Positions 34,333 to 47,044 are shown, counted from the first letter of the whole stretch. The stretch is 63,923 bases of DNA, filler included, from Lenisia limosa (GCA_001655205.1; 14 parts of 14 records of this genome joined end to end with filler, not necessarily neighbours in it), one strand, 5' to 3'. Numbers and translations are program-made. The notes: a model not told the origin generated them from the letters alone.

Positions 34333-35583
34333 TATTCTTCAGACGAAGCCGATCAAGGATTTTCCATGAGCAAAGCAGTCAAACAAGGCAAAAACCTCGG
34401 AATGGTAGGATTATGGAGTTTTCTTTCGTATTGCGATTTGTTCCCTTTGTATTTTTCAAGAGTTTGAAGCGAAGCATGTTTTGCCATTGGTTTTGACATT
34501 TTAGAATACATTCAGGAATGTCATGATCACTTGTTGAAGTTGGAGGTTTAAATTCTTTATTTCTTTGATTTTTTTTTTTTGTTGTTGTTATTTAATTATG
34601 CTTTTATTTTTATGATTAATGTGCTTTTATGCCTCTGAAGCTGACCCGTCAGGAACCTCATCTTAATTCCAACTGACAAAGAAGTTGGGGCAGATCTGTC
34701 CAGAGATTTGGAGTCTTTACAACGGTTTGCCAGACATAATACCCACGTACTGGTTTTCTCGTTTCCCGACTTCACATAATTCTGAGTCAAACATTTTCAG
34801 ATGCTTATGGCCTTGTATACTCATTACATTAGAGTTCAACAGTGTTTGGAGCAAGCAAATCATGCAATTATGGTATGGGGTTGATAAACTCCTTTTTCCA
34901 AACTTGTGTGGTTTTACTTTTTTCAGAGAGACATTGGTGAAATTATCAGCTACAAAGACAAGGTATTTTTATTACATACATACATATAATACACTCTCTC
35001 ACCTTGCTCTCACCTTTCTTAGAATCCAGACAACCATCTGTCAACGTTGAATGTAAGTTTTTACCCTCAATTAATTATCTTTTGGGTTGAAATAATATTT
35101 GCTTCAGGAAATGTCCTATTCTCATTTTGGGCTGTTCTTCCCCCCCCCCCCATTTATNNNNNNNNNNNNNNNNNNNNNNNNNNNNNNNNNNNNNNNNNNN
35201 NNNNNNNNNNNNNNNNNNNNNNNGGCCTCAGAATACGAAACCTTCTGGGTACTGATCGAGAAGAAGCTGTGAGAGAGGCTACCCACTAAGGAGGCGTGCA
35301 TCTTTTTTTGGACAATTTTCAGAAACCTATGTTTATTGTCTATCTTTAACCCTCTCACTTTTATTTTAGTTGAATTATGACCATTTTCAGCCATACCATT
35401 TTTCAGAAGACATCTTGCATTGAAAAGAGGGCGAAACCAAAACCTAAGGGACCTGTCACCAATTATTGATCGGTATTGTTGCTGACGTCATGCAATGCAT
35501 TATGTGTATCGTTTGGACATGACGTAATGCTTCGGCCGTTTGAACCTTTTTTTGTCAGAAAAATTGTGCAACGAATTTCTCAC

Positions 35584-35688
35584 CTCAAGTACAGTCTCAA
35601 AATGCCTCTGTCATAGCTACACCGGAAACCATGCTTGTTGTCTTGGTCCCACTCCTTGTCTACAATTCGGAATGCTATGGTTTCATAC
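35584..35688 (-). CDS. CACTIN: Cactin C-terminal domain exon
   Basis: YETIAFRIVDKEWDQDNKHGFRCSYDRGILRLYL resembles the cactin C-terminus (PPYEDIAFKIV.REW...GFRC.F..GI.L.F). TTTAG acceptor and GTGAG donor. Confidence 0.8.
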
Positions 35689-35861
35689 CTAAACAATATT
35701 ACCATTGCACAGATCATATGTAGAAGCTCGATTGCATCCCTAAAACACACAAAAAAACAAAAAAAAAACAAATGTCACAACCAGAAGGAATGTTCATGAC
35801 CCTGTTCTAGACACTGTTAGTGATATTATATACATATATATATGATATACTATATCGATAT

Positions 35862-36050
35862 ATATAGCAATGAGAAATAAAAAATAAGGTAATATCTGGC
35901 CGAATCCGTCCACACCATCACGCTTATAGAAGATATTGGTTTATGGTATTATATGAATTCACCCAATCAGTTGCCTTACAACTCTGCGTGCCTCCCCAGC
36001 ATACCTACAAGGATTAGATTCATGAATAAGGATAATAGCCCCTGCATGAG
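35862..36050 (+). repeat. Dispersed repeat family C (related pieces at ~2488-2545, ~5300-5450, 10738-10778 rev, 36700-36768)
   Basis: Shared blocks ATAGCAATGAGAAATAAA..ATCTGGCCGAA..GTCCACACCATCA and AATTCACCCAATCA..TACAACTCTG..CTGCGTGCCTCCCCAGCATACCTACA. Confidence 0.75.
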
Positions 36051-37128
36051 ATATTATATTTATACTATAGCATATATTACTACTTCTATTTCTAATGAGT
36101 GATATATTTATAATACCATATGCTCGAGGTCCTAAACTATGTCGTTAATTCAATTTTCTGTGACTGTCTCTTTTTCANNNNNNNNNNAAAAAGGACATAT
36201 GATATGAGAAAAATGCGAGCATAAACTGAAAAAAATTGCGCGAGCGTGGTAAAGTGCTGATCTTGCAAAAAAAAATTGAAAGGTTACATTTTTCGTTGTT
36301 TTCCTTCAGAAACAAATTAAGTGTGTATATCTCAGAAATATACTACTGTTTTGAAGGGGAATAGCTGATTTGGCGACCGTAAATAATTAACGACATTAAT
36401 TCGAAATAACGACATAATTTTGGACCTTGAGCATATGATATATACTATTACTTCTATTTCTATGATACGATAGTGGGTGAGATATTTTTTTATTTTAGAA
36501 ACTGGATTTTTTTTTTATTAAAAAAAAAATCGTAGAAATGAATGAAGTTGCGAAGAACCTTTTTCATTAGGCTGGTGACAGGTTCTCCCTATTTTTATTG
36601 TGTGGATGATAAAGGAGCTGATCCAGAGATTATACCCCATAGATTTCAATCGGGCTTCAATTTTTAACATTAGCCAAGCTTTTAAAGTTTGATGAATACT
36701 ATAAAAAAATATAGCGTGAGAAATAAAACAATAAAGATGTATCTGGCCGAAGTCGTCCACACCATCACNNNNNNNNNNNNNNNNNNNNNNNNNNNNNNNN
36801 NNNNNNNNNNNNTTAATTAATTAANNNNNNNNNNNNNNNNNNNNNNNNNNNNNNNNNNNNNNNNNNNNTCATCTTCTGTAATGTTGTCAGATTTACACTC
36901 CTCCCCCCGCAACCCTATCATGCTAGTATCACCAACTCCCTCTCCCAAAATGCCACACTAATCACCTAAACTTCCTCCTTATCGTTTTTTCATCCCTCAC
37001 ATGCTGTTAACAACACCCCTCCCTTTCCCCTTTTCCACTCGCGCTAGAGCCACGGTATTGTCATCTTCTTACTCACTTACCATGTTAACTTTGAACCTTA
37101 CTATTATTCGGTTCATGATAAGTAGGTA

Positions 37129-37220
37129 CGACTTCCCTACGGTCCATAAAAGACAGGTATGTATCTGAGATTTTTTAATGTTTATCGAGATTAGGTCTTT
37201 TTGGTACTGTAAGGAAGGCC
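37129..37220. mobile_element. MITE family A copy (A2)
   Basis: ACTTCCCTACGGTCCATAAAAGAC...GTCTTTTTGGTACTGTAAGGAAGGCC. Confidence 0.7.
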
Positions 37221-37553
37221 AAATTACAGTAAATCCATTAGTTTTTCACATTAAAGAATGTTTTTCTCCTGAGCAAAATAGTTCACTGTTTTATAAGCTT
37301 CAGTTATTGACTGGAAACACATTTCATTAATAGTTTTAGCTGTCTTCAGTTGCTTTATCTAATTGTTATTCTGTGCAATATTAGTGTAATGTATCTCTAT
37401 TATTGATTCAACAAGGAACTGATTTAGCATTTTACATTTAAAATGTATTTCCCTCTATTACAGGGTAAAATTAAGAAAAATTGGTGTTATCAAAGAGCGG
37501 TCGCGGTTTCGGTAGTGCTCGTCGATATATATACACATATGATATATGTATTG

Positions 37554-38172
37554 TCAAAGCTCCGGACATCATTCAAAATTCCCGGACACATCAAAACTCC
37601 CGGACAGCTTGAGTTTTTCATACAAAATCACCATAAACCACCTAGAAACCCTATTTCCCTTCTGTTTTTGAAAGTAATCTCAATCTTAATCAAATAATGA
37701 AACCCCAAGTTAACATATTATCGGGTCAAAACCAAATTAAGTCCCTAAGCTCTCTAAAAGAATCATGGAATAAATGGCAACTATCTGGGAAAGTTTACCC
37801 CTGTAGACAGTGCTATTTTTAGCATTTTTTCCTCAAAATTCACCATTACATAGCCAAAGTAAAGTGGAACCCGGAACCAAATACTCCGAGGGGTGCAAAT
37901 TTTTGTTTCTTAACACTTAAAGAGGGTAAGATTCAGAAAAAAAATCCAGTGAAAAGGCAAAAGGGGGACCCCCGGGAGACCAAATTCACGGATTTATGAC
38001 ATTTGCTCAAAATTGAAAAAAAAAGTTAGGGAACATTAGGAGGTCCATTTCTCTATGTATCTGTCGAAGCATTTTTCAAAAACACAAGCAATGGCCTATA
38101 CAAGGTGTCAACTTCAAGCTGTCCGGGAGTTTTGATGTGTCCGGGAATTTTGAATGATGTCCGGAACTTTGA
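37554..38172. mobile_element. Non-autonomous TIR element, ~620 bp, with 59-bp TIRs
   Basis: 37554-37612 and the reverse complement of 38114-38172 differ at one base. Each TIR has three CCGGACA subrepeats. No ORF inside. Confidence 0.85.
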
Positions 38173-38179
38173 GGACCCA

Positions 38180-38412
38180 TATAGCAATGAGAAATAAATC
38201 TGTGCATACAGCTTTCTGCGTGCCTCCCCAGCATACCTACAAAGATTAGATTCATGAATAAGGACAATAGCTCCTGCATAATAACCCAGGTAGGCCCTCC
38301 TAATCCGTCTTAGGTGCCAGAGAGTTAGAATTGCAGACATCAAAGGCTTTATAGAATAATATTATTGTAAATATTGATAACGTCCTCAAAGGAGAACAGA
38401 TTAGTATAATAG
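38180..38412 (+). repeat. Family C copy; matches 48361-48575 (reverse) over ~200 bp
   Basis: CTGCGTGCCTCCCCAGCATA..GATTCATGAATAAGGACAATAG..GGTGCCAGAGAGTTAGAATTGCAGACATCAAAGGCTTTATAGAA..GTCCTCAAAGGAGAACAGATTA. Confidence 0.85.
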
Positions 38413-39289
38413 TGTATCACTATGATTTGATGTTTTATCCTGATTAAAGAGTGTAACTTATCTTACCAATGAAGATAATTAATTACCGTATTAGGAAACC
38501 ACAGCCAAGCCAGGCGAGCACTTTGCAACCGAGCTTCTCCGGGTCTCCTTCCCCGACAACATTCTGGCAATTGCGGCGATAACTCTGGATGTGGTGGCAG
38601 GTGCTCCCAATAACTGCTCTGGTATGTTCAACCAGCCCAAGGCATACTGGTCATATTTTTGACCGCGTAGAAACGTCGCCACGACTCTTAGCAGCTTGCA
38701 CGGCGATTCTGGAGGCTATTGCTGTGGGTTTCTTTTGTAGCTAGTCATCGTTACATTATTGTCACAACCCAGACTCTGTCATTACCGGGAAAGATCCAAA
38801 AGGGACTGTTTGAAAAACTGTCCAGCACTCTTCCACTCCAAGTGAGCCCGTTTCTATTGTTTTTTGGGAGTGTGCTTTGAAGTCAAGAATCAAACAGTGT
38901 GTATGATATGATTATAAATGCTGCTATTCATTCCCAATACATTACAAAAAAAAAGAAGATTATACTTCTGATATACAATACATATGTACATGCACCTCTT
39001 TAGATGCCAACATTATACATACACTATTAGTAATAATTTATATCGAACTCTTTCATTTAGTAGCTTGCGGTTTGCAAGGATTCATCATTCAGATTGGAGG
39101 GAGCTGTGTTGTCAGCCTTGTGTCGAAGCTTTTATCTTCTGAGGCAACTTTGGAGGTTTGTTTTCTGTCTATTTTTTTTCTAGTTTTATGGTGGTCAACA
39201 TATCCTTTCCCTTCCTTTGATCTTTTTGATCTTAATCTTTTTGATCTTGCTCTTTTTGATCTTGCTCTTTTTGATCTTGCTCTTTTGAT

Positions 39290-39780
39290 CTTGTCATAGC
39301 TCCTGAGAGAAGAAAACGAATCGGTCTTCATTCGAAACCCCAACAAGTCGCAACACTCGGTCAAGGTCGTCCCGGCAGAATCCAAGACATGGAATGGAGT
39401 TAGTTTCATCGCGTAATCCATATGACATGATTTAAGGATTGAATAACCTCCACAGCTGGTAGCCACCCTTCGGGGCATCCTCCAGGAGCGCATGCCCTCA
39501 GGCCGGCCGACCTGGCACTCAAACATTGCCTCCATTGAATCGATTTGCAACGGCCTGAAGGACATCATTGAGGTTTGGTCACTATATTCGCTTGCCACAT
39601 TAACAAGGCAGGAGGTTCCATCTCTTATTGACCGATTCTGGTCCCTTATTGCCGAGGTTATTGTGCCTTGGTTGTGCTCGCTGCCTCATCCCAAGAAGAG
39701 CGCCGACTGTGTCATTACCCTCATTAAAGGTTGGATTTTCAAATATCTTCATATGGCCTTTTTTTGGTCTGGAGGTAAAA
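39290..39780 (-). pseudogene. Degenerate reverse-transcriptase-like remnant (LTR or DIRS type)
   Basis: Weak motifs in order: GALLGMRQRAQPRHNNL, ..CQVGRPEGMRSW.., CDLLGFRMKTDSF (LG.iD-like thumb motif). Frameshifted; no clear YxDD. Confidence 0.3.
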
Positions 39781-42430
39781 TTGATCACTAGATGGGGATC
39801 TGAGGTGACACTTCCCCAGACCGAAACTCCAAGTCGCAAAAATAAGTACATAGTTTTGGGTCTACTCTGATTATAAGAATATTCAAGGATTGGTTGAGAG
39901 ATGAGAAGTTCCAAATATCTTCTTTTAAAATTGAGTTAGAGTCCAACTCTGAAGACCAATACCTTTTATGTTTATTACAATGTTTTTGATGATCCGAAGT
40001 GCTTATTGGCGGAGATTTTTTGATCAGGAGCCCGTAACATTTCAGCACATAGTAGCTGTATGAAGCTCATTCTGTACTTTTGCTATTTTGCGGTGTTTTG
40101 GTGCTAAATACAGGCTTGATGTTTTAAAACGTCACGTACCATATTTAAGCTGTGTTTAAGATATGATACATATAAAGAGAGGTAAAAGTCTCTTGGGTAA
40201 AGAGATAAAAAAAGTTTAGCTACCTCCCGAGCACGATTTAGCTAAGTACAAAATGTATAAATTTTGCAAGTACTAAAATATTACGGGCTCCAGTACTTTC
40301 CTCTTCCCAAGACAAAAGGAGGTATAACCCCCCCCCTGAAGGATCGCAGGCCTCTGTAAATAATGTCTGTTGGTCCCATTTCCAAATGGATACTCAAATT
40401 GATGGGATCCTCTAAACCTGCTTTCAAAATCAGTCACTTCCAAAACAAGATATCGTATCCCTAACTAACTGGGAAGGAGCACCCGATATTTGAATAACCC
40501 AATGTACCTTAGAGAGATAAATAGTCTCAGCAGTCAAGGGTTAGGGAGTGCAAGGATTTCTTTGTTTACTCCCTAGGATTGGATTGGTCCTCCTGCAGTG
40601 CCCATATCTACAGCCCCGAAACGTGCTCACAGCTTGCAAACTCTTGTCAAATCCTTAGTGAGTTACTACCTCGCTTTGTCTAGGTTATTATTTGACTTGA
40701 TGTTAATTACCGTTGCCGTGTTTATTATCTTCAGAAACAGCGATTAGAGACATTGTCGAAGCGCTGGATTGGTCCAAATATTTCCATGTGAGGGGTCCGA
40801 AGTAGTTCAAACAACAAATTTAGTCTTGGTTGTATTTAACCGCTAATAACCATACAGGTTATTGCCTATGCACACCAACACCATAGTGGAAGCACAGGAC
40901 AGGCAAGAGAGACAGGACTGCATCCTCCGTCTTTCCTTTCGCTCTATGCTGCTGTCGCCGTGGGTGCTTACTCCATTCAATAAGCCTAAGACTGGCTGAA
41001 TAAACTATCATACCATCTTACAGCTATTAATTCAAAAAACCGCATCCATTGTTGACACACACACATAGACGCGCTGGCCTGAAGCGTTGCCCTCTAGTTG
41101 GTGCGAAACCGTTGACGAACTAACGTGAGGGGGGTTCATTCTTTGATAAGTGATGGTAGCTCCTTATGCCATTCAGGAATACGAGACAATCAACCACCAT
41201 GCCTTGGTCAGCCACAACCGGAGAAGGTATCATAAAGGTGTGTGTTTGCCACCATCTTTCATTCAATGGGATACAGGAAACGCACTCCTCAGTTTTGTTT
41301 AGTCTTGTTGATAGATTTACCCCCTGCAGGCCTTCAGTGGTGGCACCCTTCGGTCTCTGATTCTGGACGACTTACTTTCTGTCAACCCGTGTGATGTCAT
41401 AATGAAAGTCCTGCACTGCTTGCTGCGGCTTGCATCTCGAAGTAGGCTGGCTGTGGTTTGTACCTTGAATAGACCTATCTCAAGTGGCTGAATTACGATT
41501 TTAGCTGGTGATGTCGGCTCCCTAGCCATTGTTGCCCACGAAACTAGATCTCTGATCTATTTTGTCGTAGCATCCTCAAGGAACATGTATAGGTTGGGCT
41601 GTCACCTTTTCAAACCCCAGTTCATTCTATCTTTTGTGAATATGTTCTAACCTGAATAGACCAGAGTATGTTCTAACCTGAATAGACCAGAATATGTNNN
41701 NNNNNNNNNNNNNNNNNNNNNNNNNNNNNNNNNNNNNNNNNTTAATTAATTAANNNNNNNNNNNNNNNNNNNNNNNNNNNNNNNNNNNNNNNNNNNNGGA
41801 GAGAGACTTGAAAAAAAAAAAAAAGCTCAAGAAAAAGAGCAAGCAACTTTCAAGATTTCCTGAGGGGTTTTGTGGAGCCTTCAACTGCTCCCCAAGCTCC
41901 AACAAATGGCAATGTAAGAACTGTTTTGGACGGATCTACCTTTTCCAAGCCTTCAACTTCTCCCCAAGCTCCTACAAATGGCAATGTAAGAACTGCTATT
42001 TCAACACCACAAATTATCTTCTATTATGCACTTCATGAAATACCCAACTCTCTCAATCATACCAATTAATTGAAAATAATTGTGGAAGGTTGCAATCTTT
42101 TGTAGAAAATCATATAATGTATGTAGCTATGTACATATATAGTATTAAGATTACTGGACCCCGAGTCTTCTCATCTTAACCCATCTGTCATCATACAATG
42201 GTGCGACTTAATGGAGCTCCTTCATTATCACGAACTGAAGAAAGAAATCACTTCTGCCAAACAGGGAGGTTTATAAATGAAGGGCGAATAACGATCTCTA
42301 GAAAACTATTTATACCGAATACCCAGTTGCACCCATTCATCTTCCAATACCATCTGTAAGATGAACAAAACTGTGGTATGACATTACTGTGGTATGACAT
42401 TAATCCTTGATGATTTATCTTCACTGAAGG

Positions 42431-42625
42431 GTACGCAGCAGGATAACTGTTCAGGGAGAACGATTCCGGTCAACAAAGGATACAAAGCGCTACCGCCCTA
42501 GCAAGAAGGGGTTCCAAGGGCAGGTCCTTGTTGTAATGTGCAACCACGGCAACGTCATCGCCTCCAAAATCTTCGCGGTCACAGAGTCGACCGCAGTGAT
42601 GACCCAATGGGTCCAAGAGAGATGT
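42431..42625 (+). pseudogene. KDZ (Kyakuja-Dileera-Zisupton)-like transposase fragment
   Basis: GQVLVVMCNHGNVIASKIFAVTESTAVM resembles the G..v.mC.HG.v...k.....ES motif of KDZ/HMGXB3-type domains. Confidence 0.45.
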
Positions 42626-42770
42626 AATACATATTACATATCACAGTATTTTGTATACTATTTACCTGTAGCTATAGTACCATATGCTATAATATAGCTA
42701 AAATATTTCAAATCTATAGATCGATATGTATAATATATGATATAATATATAAGTATGTTTATATATACAA

Positions 42771-44281
42771 TGCACCAATCGAGCTCCCCAGCTGGTTCAG
42801 AAAAACTGATGAAGAATACATTGTCTATGGAAAGTGAACTTGGAATTAAAAACCTTCCTTACAGAATGAACGAATTCATAGCAGTTTCTCGGGTCGTTCT
42901 CACTTACATTAACCCAGAGTTTTCTATCATTGACTATGCACGCTCTACAATCCTTGGAGTTCAAAATGGACATTCGTTATATCAGATCTTCCATAACGTT
43001 ATTAAGCCAATGTGTAAGGAGAAATTCTCAGAGGAAAGGTACAAAAGATTTTTAACAAACCCAATATTCAAAGATCTCTCTGAAGATTCTGTTGAGAAAT
43101 TGCTACACACTTATAAGTTGGAGGTATGTATCGGCTCTTCACATCGTTTATAATGTCTGCTCACGAAAATGTTTTAGCAATTTGGAAATACCATCAGTTG
43201 AAAAGGATACAATAATATATCAAGAAAGACATGGGAACTTAACTCTGATGCTCTCGTCAAACGCAATGAAAGGTCTAATGGTATTCCATACTCTTTCAGG
43301 GCTAAACACAACTAACACTGTCACTTCTGATAATGAATTCATGTGTATTGGTCCAAAATCTGAAAGCCTTTCGAGTACTGATACTTTGTACAAACACAAG
43401 GGTGAAATGGTCTCTAGGGATATCGATGACAAAACTCTTCAACACACTCAGTGCATCTATCAAGGGAACAATAATGCTATCAAATATACCGAAGTCAAAT
43501 TGGCTGAGAGAGGTCTGTCGCCTGTGGAAAATCATCTTACACGAGTCTCTACGAACAAGTTTGCCGTTTTCTATCCGCATACGAACACGGACCCCCGACA
43601 TGTAGGTAACATGTTAATGGACCCTGAGATTCTACTCTACATCTCTTACCATGTGTCAAAATCCCTCTCATTGATCACTATAATCTGGGAACCTATTATT
43701 CCATATGGTTTTCCTAAGAGAGTACCGATCACTGTCTCCTACGATGGAAAGGAAATAATTATCAAGACCGACTGTATCAATTCCAAACAACTCAATTGTA
43801 TTAGGAAAATGTTCTATTCACTACCATATTACAAGCGTAACTTGACGATGGCATTGATAACTTCAACCAACTGGTATTACATAACTGTACCCATGTACAA
43901 GTGCCTTCTGAGATTATGCTCACTGTCTTTAAATCCTCATTTCCAATTCCAAAGAGTATCAAGTTCGAAAATGCAAATGGAGTTGTGAAAGATAACATTG
44001 ACAATCTTACCCCGTTCGAAAAGTTTACTGACAAACAGATACGCCATGCTGTTATCACCAACACAAAGGAGATTGACAATATGTCTGGTGTAAAGCTGGT
44101 TTTCAAGTCTGTCAATTTGAATGAACCCGTAGTTTACAAGCTCCATAACAATTCCCAACAATTCAAGAATTCATTGAGAGATCCAAGCGATACATTAGAC
44201 AATAGCTATTTTGGAGAATATGTTACCCACCCACTAATTGTCAACTGGATCCCATATGACCCTTGTCGGGATCGGGTATGA
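42771..44281 (+). pseudogene. About 500 codons of intron-poor coding sequence in three overlapping frames (42755-43153, 43092-43988, 43901-44281); unknown product
   Basis: Long high-complexity ORFs in a genome whose other exons are short. Frame changes near 43120-43180 and ~43880. Confidence 0.55.
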
Positions 44282-44741
44282 GTGGGAAGGGGGTAACCTT
44301 TTTTGAATACTTGTAATTATTCCATTTTGTTGTGATAGTTTATAATTTTGTATTTTTTGGTTTGTAATTTTCATATATCTAGCTCAAATGGTCTGAGCGC
44401 TTTGATTAGTGACGCCAACTGCGTTGTTGAGGAGACAATTAAGTGCCACAGTCCTCAGTGTCAGCCCAAAACATTTCGGGTGAAGAGATGTGTTTTCCTA
44501 TAAAGTATTTTAAAAAACAGCAAATCCGATCTCCTCAGGAACTTGAAAGGGAAACGTGAATTGAAATAAAATACAAATACAAGAGAAAGGATGAAGAAAA
44601 AGAAAAAAAATTTTTTTTTAAAAAAAGGTGAAGTAAAAAAAAAGGTGGTTGGGGGTTGGGGAAGGTGGATAGATATTGAACAACACAAGTAAATCCCCCA
44701 ACATGTTATCGCTTATCATATCCTGCTTTCACCCCTTCCTT

Positions 44742-44925
44742 GTGATTCATTTCGGTTCGAAAAAGCCCGGTGAAACATCGACAGTTTTCGAGGATTTATC
44801 AAAAAATTTAGGCTTTTTTCGAACTGAAGAGAAGCCCATCCCTTCCTCACAATAAATTAGACCTTCATAAATCCTCGATAAATATCGATACTCTATCCGT
44901 TTTTTGGAACCGATAGTGAAGCTCT
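44742..44925. mobile_element. Two adjacent MITE family A copies (44742-44837 and partial 44862-44925)
   Basis: TTCATTTCGGTTCGAAAAAGCC...GGCTTTTTTCGAACTGAAGAGAAGCCC, then ...GGAACCGATAGTGAAGCTC. Confidence 0.75.
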
Positions 44926-45799
44926 ACCATAAATCCCCCACACACCATAGCCAACTAAAAGGGGCATGTAGGAAAAAGTTGACGCGTAGACGAACGTTCC
45001 TCCGGCTTTNNNNNNNNNNNNNNNNNNNNNNNNNNNNNNNNNNNNNNNNNNNNTTAATTAATTAANNNNNNNNNNNNNNNNNNNNNNNNNNNNNNNNNNN
45101 NNNNNNNNNTGCCGTAACTTCGTCAGTTGACATGGGGTATCATTTTCAAGGTTCGCCTATTTTTTGTCAGAAAAAGACTAGGAGATGATGTTTCAAGCAT
45201 TGTTCCAGATGCAAATCAATAATGCCGATATCATTCTCACCTTTCAGAACAACTCTGAGCTCCGTGAGTGTTCGCTCTACAAGTCTTCTGACTCCTCATC
45301 CTCAGGAACATAGCTTCTCACTTGCGTTCCTGCTGGTGAGCTCTAGCGCGCCAACGGTTTTAAAGGCACGAAAGGCTGATAAGTTGACGACAATGTTTAA
45401 ACTAATAAAAGCAAGAACTTTCCTTATAAGGAAAGTATGTTCTCAGATGATTAGTGTGGATTACCCCTTAATTTGTTTCAAATTTTGCGAAAATAACTTA
45501 CCCACACAGAACCATCAAAGACATCCTGCCCGACATTGAGAGTCTCCACGTCCAGCAGGTCCTGTCCACCATCTTTCGCGCCCTTGGCCAGGCCCCTACC
45601 CTCGAATAAGATCGACGCCGCCCCCTCCGTGGACTACTCTCTCGAGGCTAGTCCCTTCTACGTGGCTGCCCCGGTCCTGGCGCCGATCTCGTCAAACAAG
45701 AAGAAGTATGAGGGTATATTTTTACATATCAATACACAGTATGTTGAAAAATCATGCATGTATGAACATTCTAACATATTCAGCAAGCTCATTTGCCGC

Positions 45800-46727
45800 G
45801 ACTTTAATTCCGATCGCTGCTGTACCTGGAATGCTGTGAGGAAGTTAAAACAGTACCACTTCCCATTACAGAAGAAAATGTTAGTTTATCATGGTTATGG
45901 TAACATTAATATATTTTAGGTTGAATTATGGTTGGCTTTCATCTCCCCACGTATGAAGGGAAGACAGACCTGCTCCGGCTATGTTTCCGCCCTCGCCCAT
46001 GACGCAGCCATAACTGGCCAGCCCCACCCAATCAAGGGACGTTATGCAGCCCAAAGGTATATTGATTCCGAGTCCATATCTTACTAATTATCTAGAATGA
46101 TCCTGAGCATCAATAAGGCCAACAAGTCCAAGCCAGTTAAACAGGCCCCTGAGATGTCGCCCGCCCAGTTCCACAAGCTCGTACGAACCCGCCCCCCGAC
46201 TGGCCCCAACAAGAAGAAAAAAATCCTCATCCGAGCCATCTACCTCGCAGGGTACTACGGAGTCTGTCGCATGGCGATTTCCTCCCTCCTACCACCAAGG
46301 ACCTTTAGAGAGGCCCCACCATTGATGACATCAAGTTTGATGGCAATGAGGCTAGCATAGCATGACGGTGAAATTCACCAAGAATTCCCCTCACTCCCCC
46401 GACACCTTTACTTACGAGTTCTCTCCCCATCCGCGCTCTCCGAGCCCTCCAAGCCTAGTCCGCCGCTAACCCAGCCAATACCCACCGAGTTGTCTTCTGC
46501 TGGCCTGACACAGGAACAATCGTTCGTACAAGAGCCATGTACAACATCTTGCGCGACGATCTAAAGGAGTCAGGAATGGATGACAAGGCTACCGGAAAGT
46601 TCACTATCCACTCACTCCGTCACACTCGCGCTACCGTCCTTCGCAACGAGAAGAAGAGATCGCCTGAATCGGTTATGTAAGACGGTGGATGGGGCTCTCT
46701 CCAACAACCAAGAAGTACGTGCACTAA
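45800..46727 (+). mobile_element. Crypton-like tyrosine recombinase gene with spliceosomal introns (45880-45919, 46057-46095); degenerate in its 3' half
   Basis: YLECCEEVKTVPLPITEEN|VELWLAFISPRMKGRQTCSGYVSAL..AAQR|MILSINK..KQAPEMS; LAGYYGVCR (first catalytic Arg); HSLRHTRAT (H-x-x-R); GGW; KKYVH* (catalytic Tyr after a frameshift). Confidence 0.75.
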
Positions 46728-47044
46728 TGTGGTGTTGACGTGTTATGTATTTATCATTATCTTCATTTGATACAACGTGACAAACCGTAATTAATTTGGG
46801 TTATTTTGGGGCTTTGGTCCGGATCTCAGAGAGATCTGACCAGGAAAGCTAGAATAGTTGTCCTCTTCACACTCAATTACGTGTCACCTTACCACAGTAT
46901 CACATAGAAGGAAGTTAGAATATTTGTGTGCAATAACAAGAAGAATAAAACACGATTTAGCTGCAAAAGTGTGATTAACATCGCTTTTATTCGAGATATG
47001 TAACAACAAATCTTGAACAAACAACCTCGGGTGTCAATGTCTCA

